Part shown: positions 38,857-48,676 of the stretch, piece after piece
How the letters are laid out: each line of letters begins with the position of its first letter
Position numbering within the stretch: the stretch's first letter is position 1
Assembly: GCA_965215505.1 (NCBI GenBank)
Contig: OZ244065.1
Location: 3,040,001-3,104,000 of the forward strand
Reading direction: 5' to 3'
From: Capsulimonadaceae bacterium
GTDB lineage: Bacteria > Armatimonadota > Armatimonadia > Armatimonadales > Capsulimonadaceae
Length of the DNA stretch: 64,000 nucleotides
The notes under the pieces: model-generated
Database searches by the model: none
Told to the model about the DNA's origin: nothing
Seen by the model: the letters and a program-made list of their open reading frames with translations, nothing else
Made by a program: the position numbers and the translations under genes

Positions 38857-39534
38857 ATGGCCGAAACACAGACACAACCTAACCCAGCCGCACTCGCCCC
38901 ATCACCGACGCTCGGCGTGCCTTCCGTCCTGGTGGAAGACCCCGCCGCGCACCCGCCGACGGACCCGGTCCTGTTCGAGTCGGAGATGAACCCGCACCTC
39001 GACGCCCTCTACCGGAACGCCCTGCGGCTGACCGGCAACCCCAACGACGCCGAGGACCTGCTGCAAGACACCTACCTGCGCGCCTACCGGTTTTTCTACC
39101 AGTATCAGCCGGGAACGAATGCCAAGGCGTGGCTGTTCCGAATCATGAACACGGTTTTCCTGAACGACTACCGGCGCAAGTCCCGGCAGGGCGAAACCGT
39201 CTCCTATGATGGCCTGGAAGATTTTTATCTTTACAACCGTCTGACCGAAGACGGCGTCGGCGGCCTGGGCGGGGATCACCCCGAAACCGAGAACCCGGAA
39301 AAGGCGGTCCTGGAGAAGCTCGACATCGAGGTGATCACGCGGGCGATCCAGGCGCTGCCGCCGGAGTTCCGCGACACGGTCGCCCTGGCGACCCTGGAAG
39401 AGCTTTCGTATCAGGAGATCGCGGACACTTTAGAGATCCCCGTCGGCACCGTCCGCTCGCGCCTGTCGCGCGGGCGGAAGCTGTTACAGCGCGCCCTGTG
39501 GGAGTACCTTAACGGAGAAGAGACTCGTGGATGA
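38857..39534 (+). CDS. ECF sigma factor (SigR/SigH-like)
   Basis: DAEDLLQDTY, KAWLFRIM, LSYQEIA..IPVGTVRSRLSRGR. Confidence 0.92.
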   Translation: MAETQTQPNPAALAPSPTLGVPSVLVEDPAAHPPTDPVLFESEMNPHLDALYRNALRLTGNPNDAEDLLQDTYLRAYRFFYQYQPGTNAKAWLFRIMNTVFLNDYRRKSRQGETVSYDGLEDFYLYNRLTEDGVGGLGGDHPETENPEKAVLEKLDIEVITRAIQALPPEFRDTVALATLEELSYQEIADTLEIPVGTVRSRLSRGRKLLQRALWEYLNGEETRG

Positions 39535-39868
39535 GCCGAAACATGACCGGTCCGAGAACGACCCGGCCGACGATCCCAAAATGGACAAGGCGATGATGCA
39601 GCGGGCGAAAGAGGCTTTGGACTGCATCCAGGCCGACTACTACTCGTGCGAGGAGGCCGTCAAGCGGCTCAACGAATACCTCGACCACGAGATGTCGGGC
39701 GCGGAGCGGGATGTAGTGCTGAAGCACCTGGAGATCTGCCGCCCCTGCCTGCGCCGCTTCACTTTCGAGAAGACATTGGTCGTGTCCCTGCGCCAGAAGG
39801 TCACCTTGCTCTGCGCCCCGACCGCCCTGCGCGAGAAGCTGTACGTCCTGCTGCGCGACCACGAATAG
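39527..39868 (+). CDS. Zinc-binding anti-sigma factor (zf-HC2, RsrA-like)
   Basis: C..YLD..HLEICRPC; overlaps the sigma stop codon. Confidence 0.88.
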   Translation: MDEPKHDRSENDPADDPKMDKAMMQRAKEALDCIQADYYSCEEAVKRLNEYLDHEMSGAERDVVLKHLEICRPCLRRFTFEKTLVVSLRQKVTLLCAPTALREKLYVLLRDHE

Positions 39869-39889
39869 ACTTCCCTTCAGGGGGAACAT

Positions 39890-39921
39890 AAGCCGCCCGG
39901 CCACAAGCCGGGCGGCTTTTT
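39890..39921 (+). terminator. Intrinsic terminator
   Basis: aagccgcccggc-cacaa-gccgggcggcttttt. Confidence 0.8.
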
Positions 39922-40021
39922 CGTGCGTGGCGGCTGAGGCAGCGCACCGAGTTTTGAGGCAGACGGGAGCGGGTAGACAGTGCAGGAGACGACGATCAGA
40001 TTTCTCGCGGAGGAGGAGCCC

Positions 40022-40927
40022 ATGGAACAGCAGATACCACTCAGCGCCAATGCCCGCGCCGACGACCCGCAGGCCGACGCGGCGCGGGATGACGGCACGC
40101 ACGAGGTCGCCGCAGACCTCGCCTACAAGCGGCTCGCCATCGTCAACGTCGCCTTTTATGGCCTGCCCGGCGCGGGAGATCGGGGTTGGGTGCTGATTGA
40201 TGCCGCCCTGCCGGGCACGGCCGGCCAGATCGCACGGGCCGCCGCCGAGCGGTTCGGCCCGGACGTGCGCCCCGCCGCAATCATCATGACACACGGGCAC
40301 TTCGACCACAACAGCGCCCTGGAGGAGCTTGCCGAGCGCTGGGACGCGCCGGTTTACGCCCACGAATTAGAACGGCCCTACCTCGACGGCCGCGCGGCCT
40401 ACCCGCCGCCGGACCCCAGCGTGGGGGGCGGCCTGATGGCCCTGCTCTCGCCGCTCTACCCGCGCGGGCCGGTCAACGTCGGCAGCCGCCTCCACGCCCT
40501 GCCTTCTGATGGCAGCGTGCCGTTCATGCCGGGCTGGACCTGGCTGCACACGCCCGGCCACGCGCCCGGCCACGTCTCCCTCTGGCGCGAGTCGGACCGT
40601 TCGCTGATCGTCGGGGACGCCTTCATCACGACCGCCCAAGAGTCGGCTTATGCGGCGGCCACCCAGGAGCCGGAGCTGCACGGCCCGCCGATGTACTTCA
40701 CGCCGGACTGGCAAGCGGCCAAGTCGTCGGTGGAACGCCTGGCCGCCCTGGAACCGGAGATCGCCGTCACCGGGCATGGCCGGGCGATGCGCGGGGCCGA
40801 GATGCGCGCCGCTCTTCATGCATTAGCCCGCGACTTCGACCGCATCGCCGTCCCCGACCACGGTAAATACGTCCTGCACCCGGCAAATGTTGCCAGCGGG
40901 AACGCCTATGTGCCGGCGGACAAATAG
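40022..40927 (+). CDS. MBL-fold metallo-hydrolase
   Basis: THGHFDH, HTPGHAPGH, GD, TGHG. Confidence 0.9.
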   Translation: MEQQIPLSANARADDPQADAARDDGTHEVAADLAYKRLAIVNVAFYGLPGAGDRGWVLIDAALPGTAGQIARAAAERFGPDVRPAAIIMTHGHFDHNSALEELAERWDAPVYAHELERPYLDGRAAYPPPDPSVGGGLMALLSPLYPRGPVNVGSRLHALPSDGSVPFMPGWTWLHTPGHAPGHVSLWRESDRSLIVGDAFITTAQESAYAAATQEPELHGPPMYFTPDWQAAKSSVERLAALEPEIAVTGHGRAMRGAEMRAALHALARDFDRIAVPDHGKYVLHPANVASGNAYVPADK

Positions 40928-40995
40928 GACGACAAGCTGACACAAGAAAGCCACCCCACCATCGGGTGGGGCGGCTTCTACCGCTTTTGCTCGGC

Positions 40996-41625
40996 CTAGT
41001 TGTCCGCGAACGGGTCGTCCATGTCATCGTCCGGCGGCGGCTGGTTGCGAGAAGCCGGCCGGGCCGGGGCGCTGGGCGCGGGCCGGGCGGGAGCCGCCGA
41101 CGCGCGTTGGGGTGCGGCCTGGGTGCGAGCCGGGGCCGGGGCCGGAGCGGCGGGAGCATCGAAGGCGTCATCGCCGCCGTCGGAGTATTGCTCGCGGCCG
41201 CCTTGATTGTAGCCTCCCCCGCCGCCCTGGGCGCTGCTGCGATTGTAGCCGCCGCCCCCACCGCCGCCCTGCGCGCCTTCCTCGCCCTCCTTGGGCCGGT
41301 CCAGCGACTTCAGGTTGTCCACGACGACTTCGGTGTCGCGCCGCTTCTCGCCGGTCTGCGTGACGTACTCGCGCACCTGGAGCCGGCCTTCGACAAGGAC
41401 CAGACGGCCTTTGCCGAGGTAGTTGGCGGCGTACTCCGCCGACTGACGCCAGGCGACGATGCTGAAGAAGTCGGCCTGCTTCTCCTGGCCGTTCGTGCGG
41501 GCCTCGGCGGACATCGGGCGGTTGACCGCCATGCGGAACTGCGTGACGGCGATGCCGCTGGGGGTGTACTTGAGTTCGGGGTCGCTGGCCAAGCGGCCCA
41601 CCATGATGACGCGGTTAAAGTCCAT
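40996..41625 (-). CDS. ssb: Single-stranded DNA-binding protein
   Basis: NRVIMVGRLASDPEL, KGRLVLVEGRLQ, Gly-rich linker, acidic DDPF tail. Confidence 0.96.
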   Translation of the reverse strand: MDFNRVIMVGRLASDPELKYTPSGIAVTQFRMAVNRPMSAEARTNGQEKQADFFSIVAWRQSAEYAANYLGKGRLVLVEGRLQVREYVTQTGEKRRDTEVVVDNLKSLDRPKEGEEGAQGGGGGGGYNRSSAQGGGGGYNQGGREQYSDGGDDAFDAPAAPAPAPARTQAAPQRASAAPARPAPSAPARPASRNQPPPDDDMDDPFADN

Positions 41626-41719
41626 TCTCTTCTCCTCTACTCACTATACCAATGCTGATCTCGGGACTTGCCTGATCTCAGGGCTTGCGCTCGATCGGCT
41701 TGCGCCGGAGGCGCGGGGG

Positions 41720-42247
41720 TCAGGCCGCCGCTTGCAGAGGCTCGGACGCCTCGGCGACAGTGGCGGTCTCGGTCGTGGCCGAGGCCACGGACGGGGTTTC
41801 GGCGACCGGGGCAGGCTCCGCGATGGGGGCCGCCGGTGCGGCGACGGGTGCGGGGGCGGCGACCGAGGCGGGCGCGGCCTGCTGCTGCGGCTGGGCCTGC
41901 GGGCGGGCGGGCATCCCGTTCATGATGGGCGTCGCGCCCTCCTCGTCGTCGCGGCGGACGATCAGGAAACGGATCTGGTCTTCGCTGATCTGGAAGATGC
42001 GGCGCAGTTCGGCCTCGACGGCGGGCTTGGCCTCGAACTGCATGATGACATAGATGCCCTCGGTGCGGCCCTTGATCTCGTAAGCGAGCCGGCGCCGCTC
42101 CCAGACATCGATGGTCCCGACGACGCCGCCGCCGGCTTCGACGATGCCCGAATACTTGGCCTTGATGGCCCCGATCTGCTCGTCGCCGAGTCCGGGGTCC
42201 ACGATGTAAACCGCCTCGTAAGGCTGCGTGATGGCGATGGATGGCAT
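41720..42247 (-). CDS. rpsF: 30S ribosomal protein S6 with Ala/Pro-rich tail
   Basis: YEAVYIVDP, WERRRLAYEIKG..EGIY; GAGGAGG RBS. Confidence 0.93.
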   Translation of the reverse strand: MPSIAITQPYEAVYIVDPGLGDEQIGAIKAKYSGIVEAGGGVVGTIDVWERRRLAYEIKGRTEGIYVIMQFEAKPAVEAELRRIFQISEDQIRFLIVRRDDEEGATPIMNGMPARPQAQPQQQAAPASVAAPAPVAAPAAPIAEPAPVAETPSVASATTETATVAEASEPLQAAA

Positions 42248-42251
42248 AAGA

Positions 42252-42322
42252 TGCCTCCTCTCTCTGGTCTTGGATTTTTGGCCCCCCGTGTCTCGCCAAA
42301 GACGGAAGGGCAGAGAGGAACG
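42252..42322 (-). promoter_or_regulatory. Structured rpsF leader, possible S6:S18 autoregulatory RNA
   Basis: Nested stems CUCUCUG/CAGAGAG and GCCCUUCCG/CGGGGGGC next to the RBS. Confidence 0.45.
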
Positions 42323-42455
42323 ATAAACCAGAAATCTGAAAATCTGGTCTTGTTCAACAATCGGACTATTATAGCACGCGGCGGGGCAAAAAGACAACCC
42401 ACCAACTGGGGCCTCGCGACAACAATCCAGGCTACTGGATCGTGTCCGCGTGCAA

Positions 42456-42860
42456 TCACGCCGCCTGGCGCGACCTCCGGTGGGACGTGATGACGAACGC
42501 CCGCCGGATCTCGACATGGGCGGCTTGGATGCTGCCCGTCTCCGACAGCGCGTGCTCCACGGGGGTGACCGCCTCGGTCACGCCCTCGACGAAAGGCTCG
42601 CTCGTGGTGAGCGGGACGATGCGGCAAGTTCCGTCCACTGCTCCGGGGTCAGGTACGGCTCGAAGCCCGCGATGAGGTGCCCGATGCCCGCCCGACTCGA
42701 TGTGAGCCACGGGGCGGCGGCGACAACGTCCCACCTCCCCGGCGTTTCCTCCTGCTCGAACAGGCCGAAAAGGATAAAAGGACCATGCTGTTCGGCCATT
42801 GCCTCTTCCGCGCGCTGTAGGTTTTCCGCTAGTGTTCTGGTGTTGAAACTCAGAGTAGCG
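42456..42860 (-). pseudogene. Frameshifted hypothetical gene
   Basis: GPFILFGLFEQE..WDVVAAAPW..EQWTELA continues as RIVPL..FVEGV..VEH..AFVITS in another frame near 42620. Confidence 0.55.
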
Positions 42861-42884
42861 GCATTCTCAGTGAGGACGAGTGAG

Positions 42885-43043
42885 GACGAGTGATTGAAAT
42901 CACTCGCTGACATCGGATTTGTCCAGGGGACAAGGGAACCGAATGAGGCCGGACACCCGCCTAGCCTCCTCTTACTCCCGTTTACTCCCGTCTTCTGTCC
43001 CCTGGACAGGTCCGGCGGCAGCGAGTGATTTCAATCACTCGTC
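42885..43043 (+). mobile_element. ~150-bp element, copy 4
   Basis: Same nested hairpins; tgaggacgag duplicated at the left end. Confidence 0.8.
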
Positions 43044-43404
43044 CTCCTTGCCTTTCCAATGCCGTCAGTATAACACAGAACAAGCCCCCCGCCGTTGACA
43101 ACGGCGGGGGGAACGTGATAGAATAAGCCCGGACGATGATCCAGACAGGACGGCGAGGACCAGGCAGGGGCAACGGCGTCTCTTCCGGCTCCCCAAGCCC
43201 CAGGCGGGCGCGGGGCGGGAGGGCGTTTTTTTGTGCGTAGCCTCCCGCTTTCACGCACACTTTTACGCACGGCCCCTGCACTTTTGCGGGCCGCCTGCCG
43301 AACATCGGAGTGTGGAAAAGAAACCGACCCTTGAAATCGTCACCTATCCTTCCCCTTCAGCGCGGAACTCTGAGCAGAAGTTTGAATCGGATCGAGGAGC
43401 CAGC

Positions 43405-44877
43405 ATGAAACATGTAGACCTGGTCGTCATCGGCAGCGGGCCGGCGGGCCAGAAGGCCGCCATCCAGGCCGCAAAGCTCGGCAAGAGCGTCAGCCTCATC
43501 GAGCGCAACCGCATCCTGGGCGGGGCCTGCACCCACACCGGCACCATCCCCAGCAAGGCACTGCGCGAGGCGGTCCTGCACCTGTCCGGCATCCAGCAGC
43601 GCGGCTTCTATGGCGACCGCGACAGCCGCAGCGGGCGGCCAGAGATCACCATCGAGGACCTGATCGCGCGCGGCCAGCAGGTGATCCGCACCGAGATGGA
43701 GGTCATCCGCGAGCACATGGTCCGCAACGAGGTCGAGATCCTGTGCGGCGAGGCCCGCTTTGAAGACCCGCACACCCTGCGGATCAGCCACCAGCACTCC
43801 TCGGAGGTGCTGGAAGCCGACAACGTCGTCATCGCCACCGGCACCGTCCCGGCCCGCCCGCCCGGCATCCCCTTCGACAGCGAGCGCGTGCTGGACAGCG
43901 ACAACCTGCTGGAGCTGAACCACCTGCCCAAGAGCATGATCATCGTCGGCGGCGGCGTCATCGGGACGGAGTACGCCTGCATGATGGCGACGCTGGGCGT
44001 GCGCGTCATCCTGACCGAAGCGCGGCCGTCTCTGCTCGACTTCGTGGACTCCGAAATCAGCGAGGCCCTCCAGTACCGGATGCGGGCGATGGGCGTCACG
44101 CTGCGCCTGGGCGAGCGGGTGGACGAGATCCGCGTCCAGCCCGACGGGCTGGTGCAGGCTACCTTGCAGTCCGGCAAGCACTTAAGGGCCGACACCCTCC
44201 TCTACTGCATCGGGCGGCAGGGGACGACGGAGAAGTTGGGCCTGGAGAACGTCGGCCTGGTCCCGGACAACCGGGGGCGGCTGAAGGTCAACGCCGACTA
44301 CCAGACCGACGTGCCGCACATCTACGCGGTCGGCGACGTCATCGGCTTCCCGGCCCTGGCCTCCACCTCGATGGAGCAGGGCCGCCGCGCCTCCTGCCAC
44401 ATGTACGGCGAGCCGACCACGTCCCTGCCCGAGCTGTTCCCGCTGGGCATCTACGCCATCCCCGAGATCTCCATGGTGGGCCGGACCGAGGCGCAGCTCA
44501 CGGCCGACGGCATCCCCTACGAGGCGGGCGTCGCGCAGTACCGCGAGATCGCGCGCGGCCAGCTCCTGGGCGACGAGGTGGGCATGCTGAAGCTGCTGAT
44601 CCACGAGAAGACGCGCCAGATATTAGGCGTCCACGCCATCGGGACGGGCGCGACCGAGCTGATCCACATCGGCCAGGCGGTCATGGCCTTCAAGGGCACC
44701 GTGGACTACTTCATCAACAACGTCTTCAACTACCCCACCCTCGCCGAGTGCTACAAGGTGGCCGCCCTGAACGGCTCCAACAAGCTGCGGATGCTCTGGA
44801 ACGGCGGCGACGAGGACGACACGGAGATTGATCTGAGGGCAAGCCCGGACGCCGCGCCGCTGAAGATCGCGGCGTGA
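43405..44877 (+). CDS. sthA: Soluble pyridine nucleotide transhydrogenase
   Basis: GSGPAG, GGACTHTGTIPSKALRE (no redox CxxxxC), GDVIGFPALASTSMEQGR, VFNYPT. Confidence 0.92.
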   Translation: MKHVDLVVIGSGPAGQKAAIQAAKLGKSVSLIERNRILGGACTHTGTIPSKALREAVLHLSGIQQRGFYGDRDSRSGRPEITIEDLIARGQQVIRTEMEVIREHMVRNEVEILCGEARFEDPHTLRISHQHSSEVLEADNVVIATGTVPARPPGIPFDSERVLDSDNLLELNHLPKSMIIVGGGVIGTEYACMMATLGVRVILTEARPSLLDFVDSEISEALQYRMRAMGVTLRLGERVDEIRVQPDGLVQATLQSGKHLRADTLLYCIGRQGTTEKLGLENVGLVPDNRGRLKVNADYQTDVPHIYAVGDVIGFPALASTSMEQGRRASCHMYGEPTTSLPELFPLGIYAIPEISMVGRTEAQLTADGIPYEAGVAQYREIARGQLLGDEVGMLKLLIHEKTRQILGVHAIGTGATELIHIGQAVMAFKGTVDYFINNVFNYPTLAECYKVAALNGSNKLRMLWNGGDEDDTEIDLRASPDAAPLKIAA

Positions 44878-44893
44878 ACGTGAAACCGCGTTC

Positions 44894-45128
44894 CCGGCCC
44901 CGAAGGGCCGGGCTACTCCTGAATGAAAGCCGCTCCGGGGTTGGGAACAACACCGTATTCAGGCCGTAGGGGCGAACCTTGTGTTCGCCCCTCTTTTTCT
45001 GTTCGCCCCTCTTTTTCTGTTCCCTCCTCAGTCACAGAGCGGCTTTCATTCCGCAGTAGGCCGGCACTTCAGAGTCGGCACTTCAGAGTCGGCACTTCAG
45101 AGTCGGCACTTCAGAGTCGGCACTTCAG
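44894..45128. repeat. REP cluster ending in a 14-bp tandem array (cggcacttcagagt x~4.8)
   Basis: GTAG palindromes near 44894-44916 (minus), 44966 and 45056; inverted repeat gaatgaaagccgctc/gagcggctttcattc; array 45062-45128. Confidence 0.8.
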
Positions 45129-45240
45129 GCCCCACCGAACCCGTCGGCGGGGCTTTTCGCCGCCTCCCTCCTCCCCTAGCCGGCCCCCCCTCAAGTTTAC
45201 TCCGCCCCTGCCGATACTAGGGGGGAAGGAGCGCGTAGAA

Positions 45241-45603
45241 ATGCCTAAAAAGATACTGATTACCGATGATGCGCTGTTCATGCGTGTCACCCTGAAAAAT
45301 ATGCTCACCGCGAACGGCTATGAGGTGGTCGGCGAGGCCGTCAACGGCCAGGACGCGGTGGAGAAGTACGCCGCCTGCCGGCCCGACCTCGTCCTGATGG
45401 ACATCACCATGCCCGTCATGGACGGCATCGCGGCGACGCGGGCCATCAAGGCGTCCGACCCGGCCGCCAAGGTCATCATGTGTACGGCCATGGGCCAGAA
45501 GAACATGGTCGTGGAAGCCATCCAGGCGGGGGCGAAAGACTTCATCGTCAAGCCCTTCAAGACCGATGACATCCTGTGCCGCATCCAGAAGCAGATCGGT
45601 TAA
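45241..45603 (+). CDS. cheY: Chemotaxis response regulator
   Basis: ITDDALFMR, DLVLMDITMP, DFIVKPF. Confidence 0.93.
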   Translation: MPKKILITDDALFMRVTLKNMLTANGYEVVGEAVNGQDAVEKYAACRPDLVLMDITMPVMDGIAATRAIKASDPAAKVIMCTAMGQKNMVVEAIQAGAKDFIVKPFKTDDILCRIQKQIG

Positions 45604-45613
45604 GGAGAAGCCC

Positions 45614-46078
45614 ATGAAGGTGGAATACGTCAACCCGTTCGTCCAGGCCTCCTTCTCCGTTCTGGAAATGGTGCTGGGCGTCGCCCCCGTTAAGGGCCAG
45701 CTCGCCGCCCAGCCGACCATCTTCACGAGCCAGCAGTGTAACGTCGTCTGTGGGGTCACCGGCGAGGTGCAGGGGCAGGTCATCTACGGCATGTCCCTGA
45801 CCACGGCGGACCGGATCGCCTCGGCCATGCTGGGGCAGAAGATCAAGAGCTTCGACGCTCTGGCGGCCAGCGCCATCGGCGAACTGGGCAACATGATCAG
45901 CGGCAACGCCATGCAGCACCTTTCGGAAGCCGGCTGGGTCTGCGACATCACGCCGCCGACGATCATGCGCGGCACCAACGTCCAGATTAGCACGATCTCC
46001 ATCCCCGCCATCGTCCTGCCGCTGACCCTGGAGCAGGGCGAACTCTCGATCACCATCGGCCTGCAAGGCCGGAAGTAG
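45614..46078 (+). CDS. cheX: Chemotaxis phosphatase
   Basis: [22 protein letters not shown]. Confidence 0.9.
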   Translation: MKVEYVNPFVQASFSVLEMVLGVAPVKGQLAAQPTIFTSQQCNVVCGVTGEVQGQVIYGMSLTTADRIASAMLGQKIKSFDALAASAIGELGNMISGNAMQHLSEAGWVCDITPPTIMRGTNVQISTISIPAIVLPLTLEQGELSITIGLQGRK

Positions 46079-46094
46079 CAACGCGAGAAACACG

Positions 46095-48059
46095 ATGAAC
46101 TGGTTCTACAACCTCAAGACCGCCCGCAAATTCGCCCTGGCCTTCGGCCTCTGCCTCGCCTGCGCCGCCCTTGTCGGTGTTGTCGCCATCACGCGCATGG
46201 CACAGATGAACAAAGTGAGCGATGGCCTCATCACCGACGCTATCCCCAGCGACCTGAACTGCGGCCAGATGCTCTTCCACGTCACCCGCCTCCGCCAGCT
46301 CCAATACCGGCACCTGGTCACCCAGGATGCGGAGGGCATGGCCACCGTCGAGGGGATGATGCAGAAGGAACAGCAGGACATGGACGCCACGCTCGACGAC
46401 TACGGCAAGAGCATCGACGGCGAAGAAGACAGGCACAACTACGAGAACGTCAAGGCAGACTGGGCGGCCTACCTCCAGTCGCAACAGGAGTTCCTGCCAC
46501 TCAGCCGTGCCAACCGGCTCAAGGAAGGGACGGCGCTCCTCGGCGGCCCGATGCTGGCACAGTTTGACACCCTGCACGGGCATGTCGACGTGATGGTGGA
46601 CTACAACAAGCACTACGGCGAGGTCCTCGGCCGGCAGGCGGTCGCCTCCTACGCCGCGGCGCGGGCGACCATCATCGGCCTGCTCGCTCTGACCGTCCTG
46701 CTCGGCACGACGGTCGCCGTCCTCATCACCCGCTACATCACCGAGTCGATGGCGCAGGTCTCCGGGCGCATCGGCACGCTCAACACCATCTGCATCACCA
46801 ACCTCAGCAGCGCCATCGCCGCCATGGAGCGGGGGGACCTCACCGCCGGGATCGCCACCGGCACCAAGCCCCTGGACAGCATTTCCAGGGACGAGTTCGG
46901 ACAGCTCGCGCTGACCTTCAACACGATGCTGTTCCAGATGCAGGCCGCCATCGCCTCCTTCCGCAACTCCCAGGCCGCGCTCAGCAGCCTCATCCACCAG
47001 ATGCAGGACTCCGCCCAAAGCGTCACCCGTACCGCCGACGCCCTGGTCGGCACCTCCCAGCAGATCGGGGCAGCCACCGAGGAGATCGGCGCGGCCATGA
47101 GCGAGGTCGCCCAGGCCTCCGAGCAGTCCGCCAAGGGCGCGAGCGAGATCGCCCAGGGCAGCAGCAGTCAGGCCACCTCCATCACGGCGGGGGCGGAACA
47201 GATCAGGGGATTGGTCGCCGCCGTCCGGGGCGTCACCCGCGACGCCGAGGCCGCCACCCTCTCCACCACCCAGGCCACCGAGACCGCCACGGCGGGGGCG
47301 AGGGCCGTCGAGCAGAGCGTGGAGGGCATGCAGCGCATCCACCAGTCCGTCGCCCAGTCGGCCAAAGTCATCCAGTCGCTGGGCGCGACCTCGGCCCAGA
47401 TCGGCGGCATCGTCCAGACCATTGATGAGATCGCCGGCCAGACCAACCTGCTGGCCCTGAACGCCGCCATCGAGGCGGCGCGAGCCGGGGAGGCGGGGCG
47501 CGGCTTCGCCGTGGTTGCCGACGAGGTCCGCAAGCTCGCCGAGCGCTGCACGGCGGCCACCAAGGACATCGGGGCCTTGATCGGCGAGATCCAGAGTCAG
47601 ACGGCCCAGGCGGTGACGGCGATGGAGGCCGGCACGCGGGAGGCGTCGGCCGGGACTCAGCTCGCCGGGGAGGCGGGCGGGGCCTTGGAGCGCATCCAGG
47701 CGGTCGTGCAGGAGATGTCGGGGCGCGTGCTTGCGATCAGCGCGGCCTCGGAGGAGATGAACGCGGCGGCCCAGGAGGTCTCGCAGACGATCAGCGAAGT
47801 GGCCGCCGTGGTGGAGGAAAGCAGCGCCGCCGCCGAGGAGATGTCGGCGTCCGCGGAGCAGGTGTCCGCCTCGGTGCAGACGGTGGCGGCGACGACGGCA
47901 CAGCAGGGTTCGGCGGTGGAGGGCCTGGTGACGACGGCGGGGGATCTGTCGGGCGTCGCGCGGACCCTCTCGGACCTCGTGGCGCAGTTCAAAGTCGAGG
48001 GCGTGAGCGCCGACGCACCCGGAGCGCGGCCAGCGCTGACGCTGCGGAAAGTGGCCTGA
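46095..48059 (+). CDS. Methyl-accepting chemotaxis protein (four-helix-bundle sensor)
   Basis: Two [43 protein letters not shown]. Confidence 0.95.
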   Translation: MNWFYNLKTARKFALAFGLCLACAALVGVVAITRMAQMNKVSDGLITDAIPSDLNCGQMLFHVTRLRQLQYRHLVTQDAEGMATVEGMMQKEQQDMDATLDDYGKSIDGEEDRHNYENVKADWAAYLQSQQEFLPLSRANRLKEGTALLGGPMLAQFDTLHGHVDVMVDYNKHYGEVLGRQAVASYAAARATIIGLLALTVLLGTTVAVLITRYITESMAQVSGRIGTLNTICITNLSSAIAAMERGDLTAGIATGTKPLDSISRDEFGQLALTFNTMLFQMQAAIASFRNSQAALSSLIHQMQDSAQSVTRTADALVGTSQQIGAATEEIGAAMSEVAQASEQSAKGASEIAQGSSSQATSITAGAEQIRGLVAAVRGVTRDAEAATLSTTQATETATAGARAVEQSVEGMQRIHQSVAQSAKVIQSLGATSAQIGGIVQTIDEIAGQTNLLALNAAIEAARAGEAGRGFAVVADEVRKLAERCTAATKDIGALIGEIQSQTAQAVTAMEAGTREASAGTQLAGEAGGALERIQAVVQEMSGRVLAISAASEEMNAAAQEVSQTISEVAAVVEESSAAAEEMSASAEQVSASVQTVAATTAQQGSAVEGLVTTAGDLSGVARTLSDLVAQFKVEGVSADAPGARPALTLRKVA

Positions 48060-48095
48060 GTGGAAAGTGGCCTGAGCGGCCCCAGGAGAAGGAAC

Positions 48096-48659
48096 ATGAC
48101 GGCAGTTCTAGAGAGGCCCGGCACCGACCGGGCGGGCGAAGGCCAAACGGCCGCCGGACCCGAGCGGCAGGTGGTCGCGCTGCACCTGGGCGACGAGATC
48201 TATGGCGTGGACATCGCCAGCATCCACACGGTGCTGACGCCCCAGCCGATCACGCCGATCCCGAACGTGTCCCCGGACATCAAGGGCGTGATGAACCTGC
48301 GCGGGCGCATCCTGCCGGTCCTGGACCTGCGGGCGCGCTTCGGACTGCCGCCGCTGCCCGAGGACAGACAGAAGTCCACGCGCATCGTGATCGTCGAGGA
48401 CGCCGGCCTGACGGCGGGGCTGGTCGTGGACTCGGTCTCCGAAGTCCTGCGGCTGCCGGCGGGCAGCGTCGAGCCGCCCTCCGCCCTGCTCGGGTCCGCA
48501 GACCTGCGCTGCCTGGCCGGGATCGGCCGCGTGCCGGCCGGCCGGCGCAAAGAGGACGACAAGCCGGGCCAGGAGCGGCTGCTGCTGCTGCTGGACGTGC
48601 CTCAGACGCTGAAGGCCATGGGGATGACCGCGGCGGGCGAAGGCGTCGCCGCCGATTGA
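48096..48659 (+). CDS. cheW: Chemotaxis adaptor
   Basis: YGVDI, GVMNLRGRILPVLDL, GLVVDSVSEV. Confidence 0.93.
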   Translation: MTAVLERPGTDRAGEGQTAAGPERQVVALHLGDEIYGVDIASIHTVLTPQPITPIPNVSPDIKGVMNLRGRILPVLDLRARFGLPPLPEDRQKSTRIVIVEDAGLTAGLVVDSVSEVLRLPAGSVEPPSALLGSADLRCLAGIGRVPAGRRKEDDKPGQERLLLLLDVPQTLKAMGMTAAGEGVAAD

Positions 48660-48676
48660 CGGGAAGACGGGGAACC

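Noticed and set aside
45062-45128. CRISPR or iteron array
   Set aside because: Contiguous 14-mers derived from a REP palindrome; no cas or rep gene nearby.
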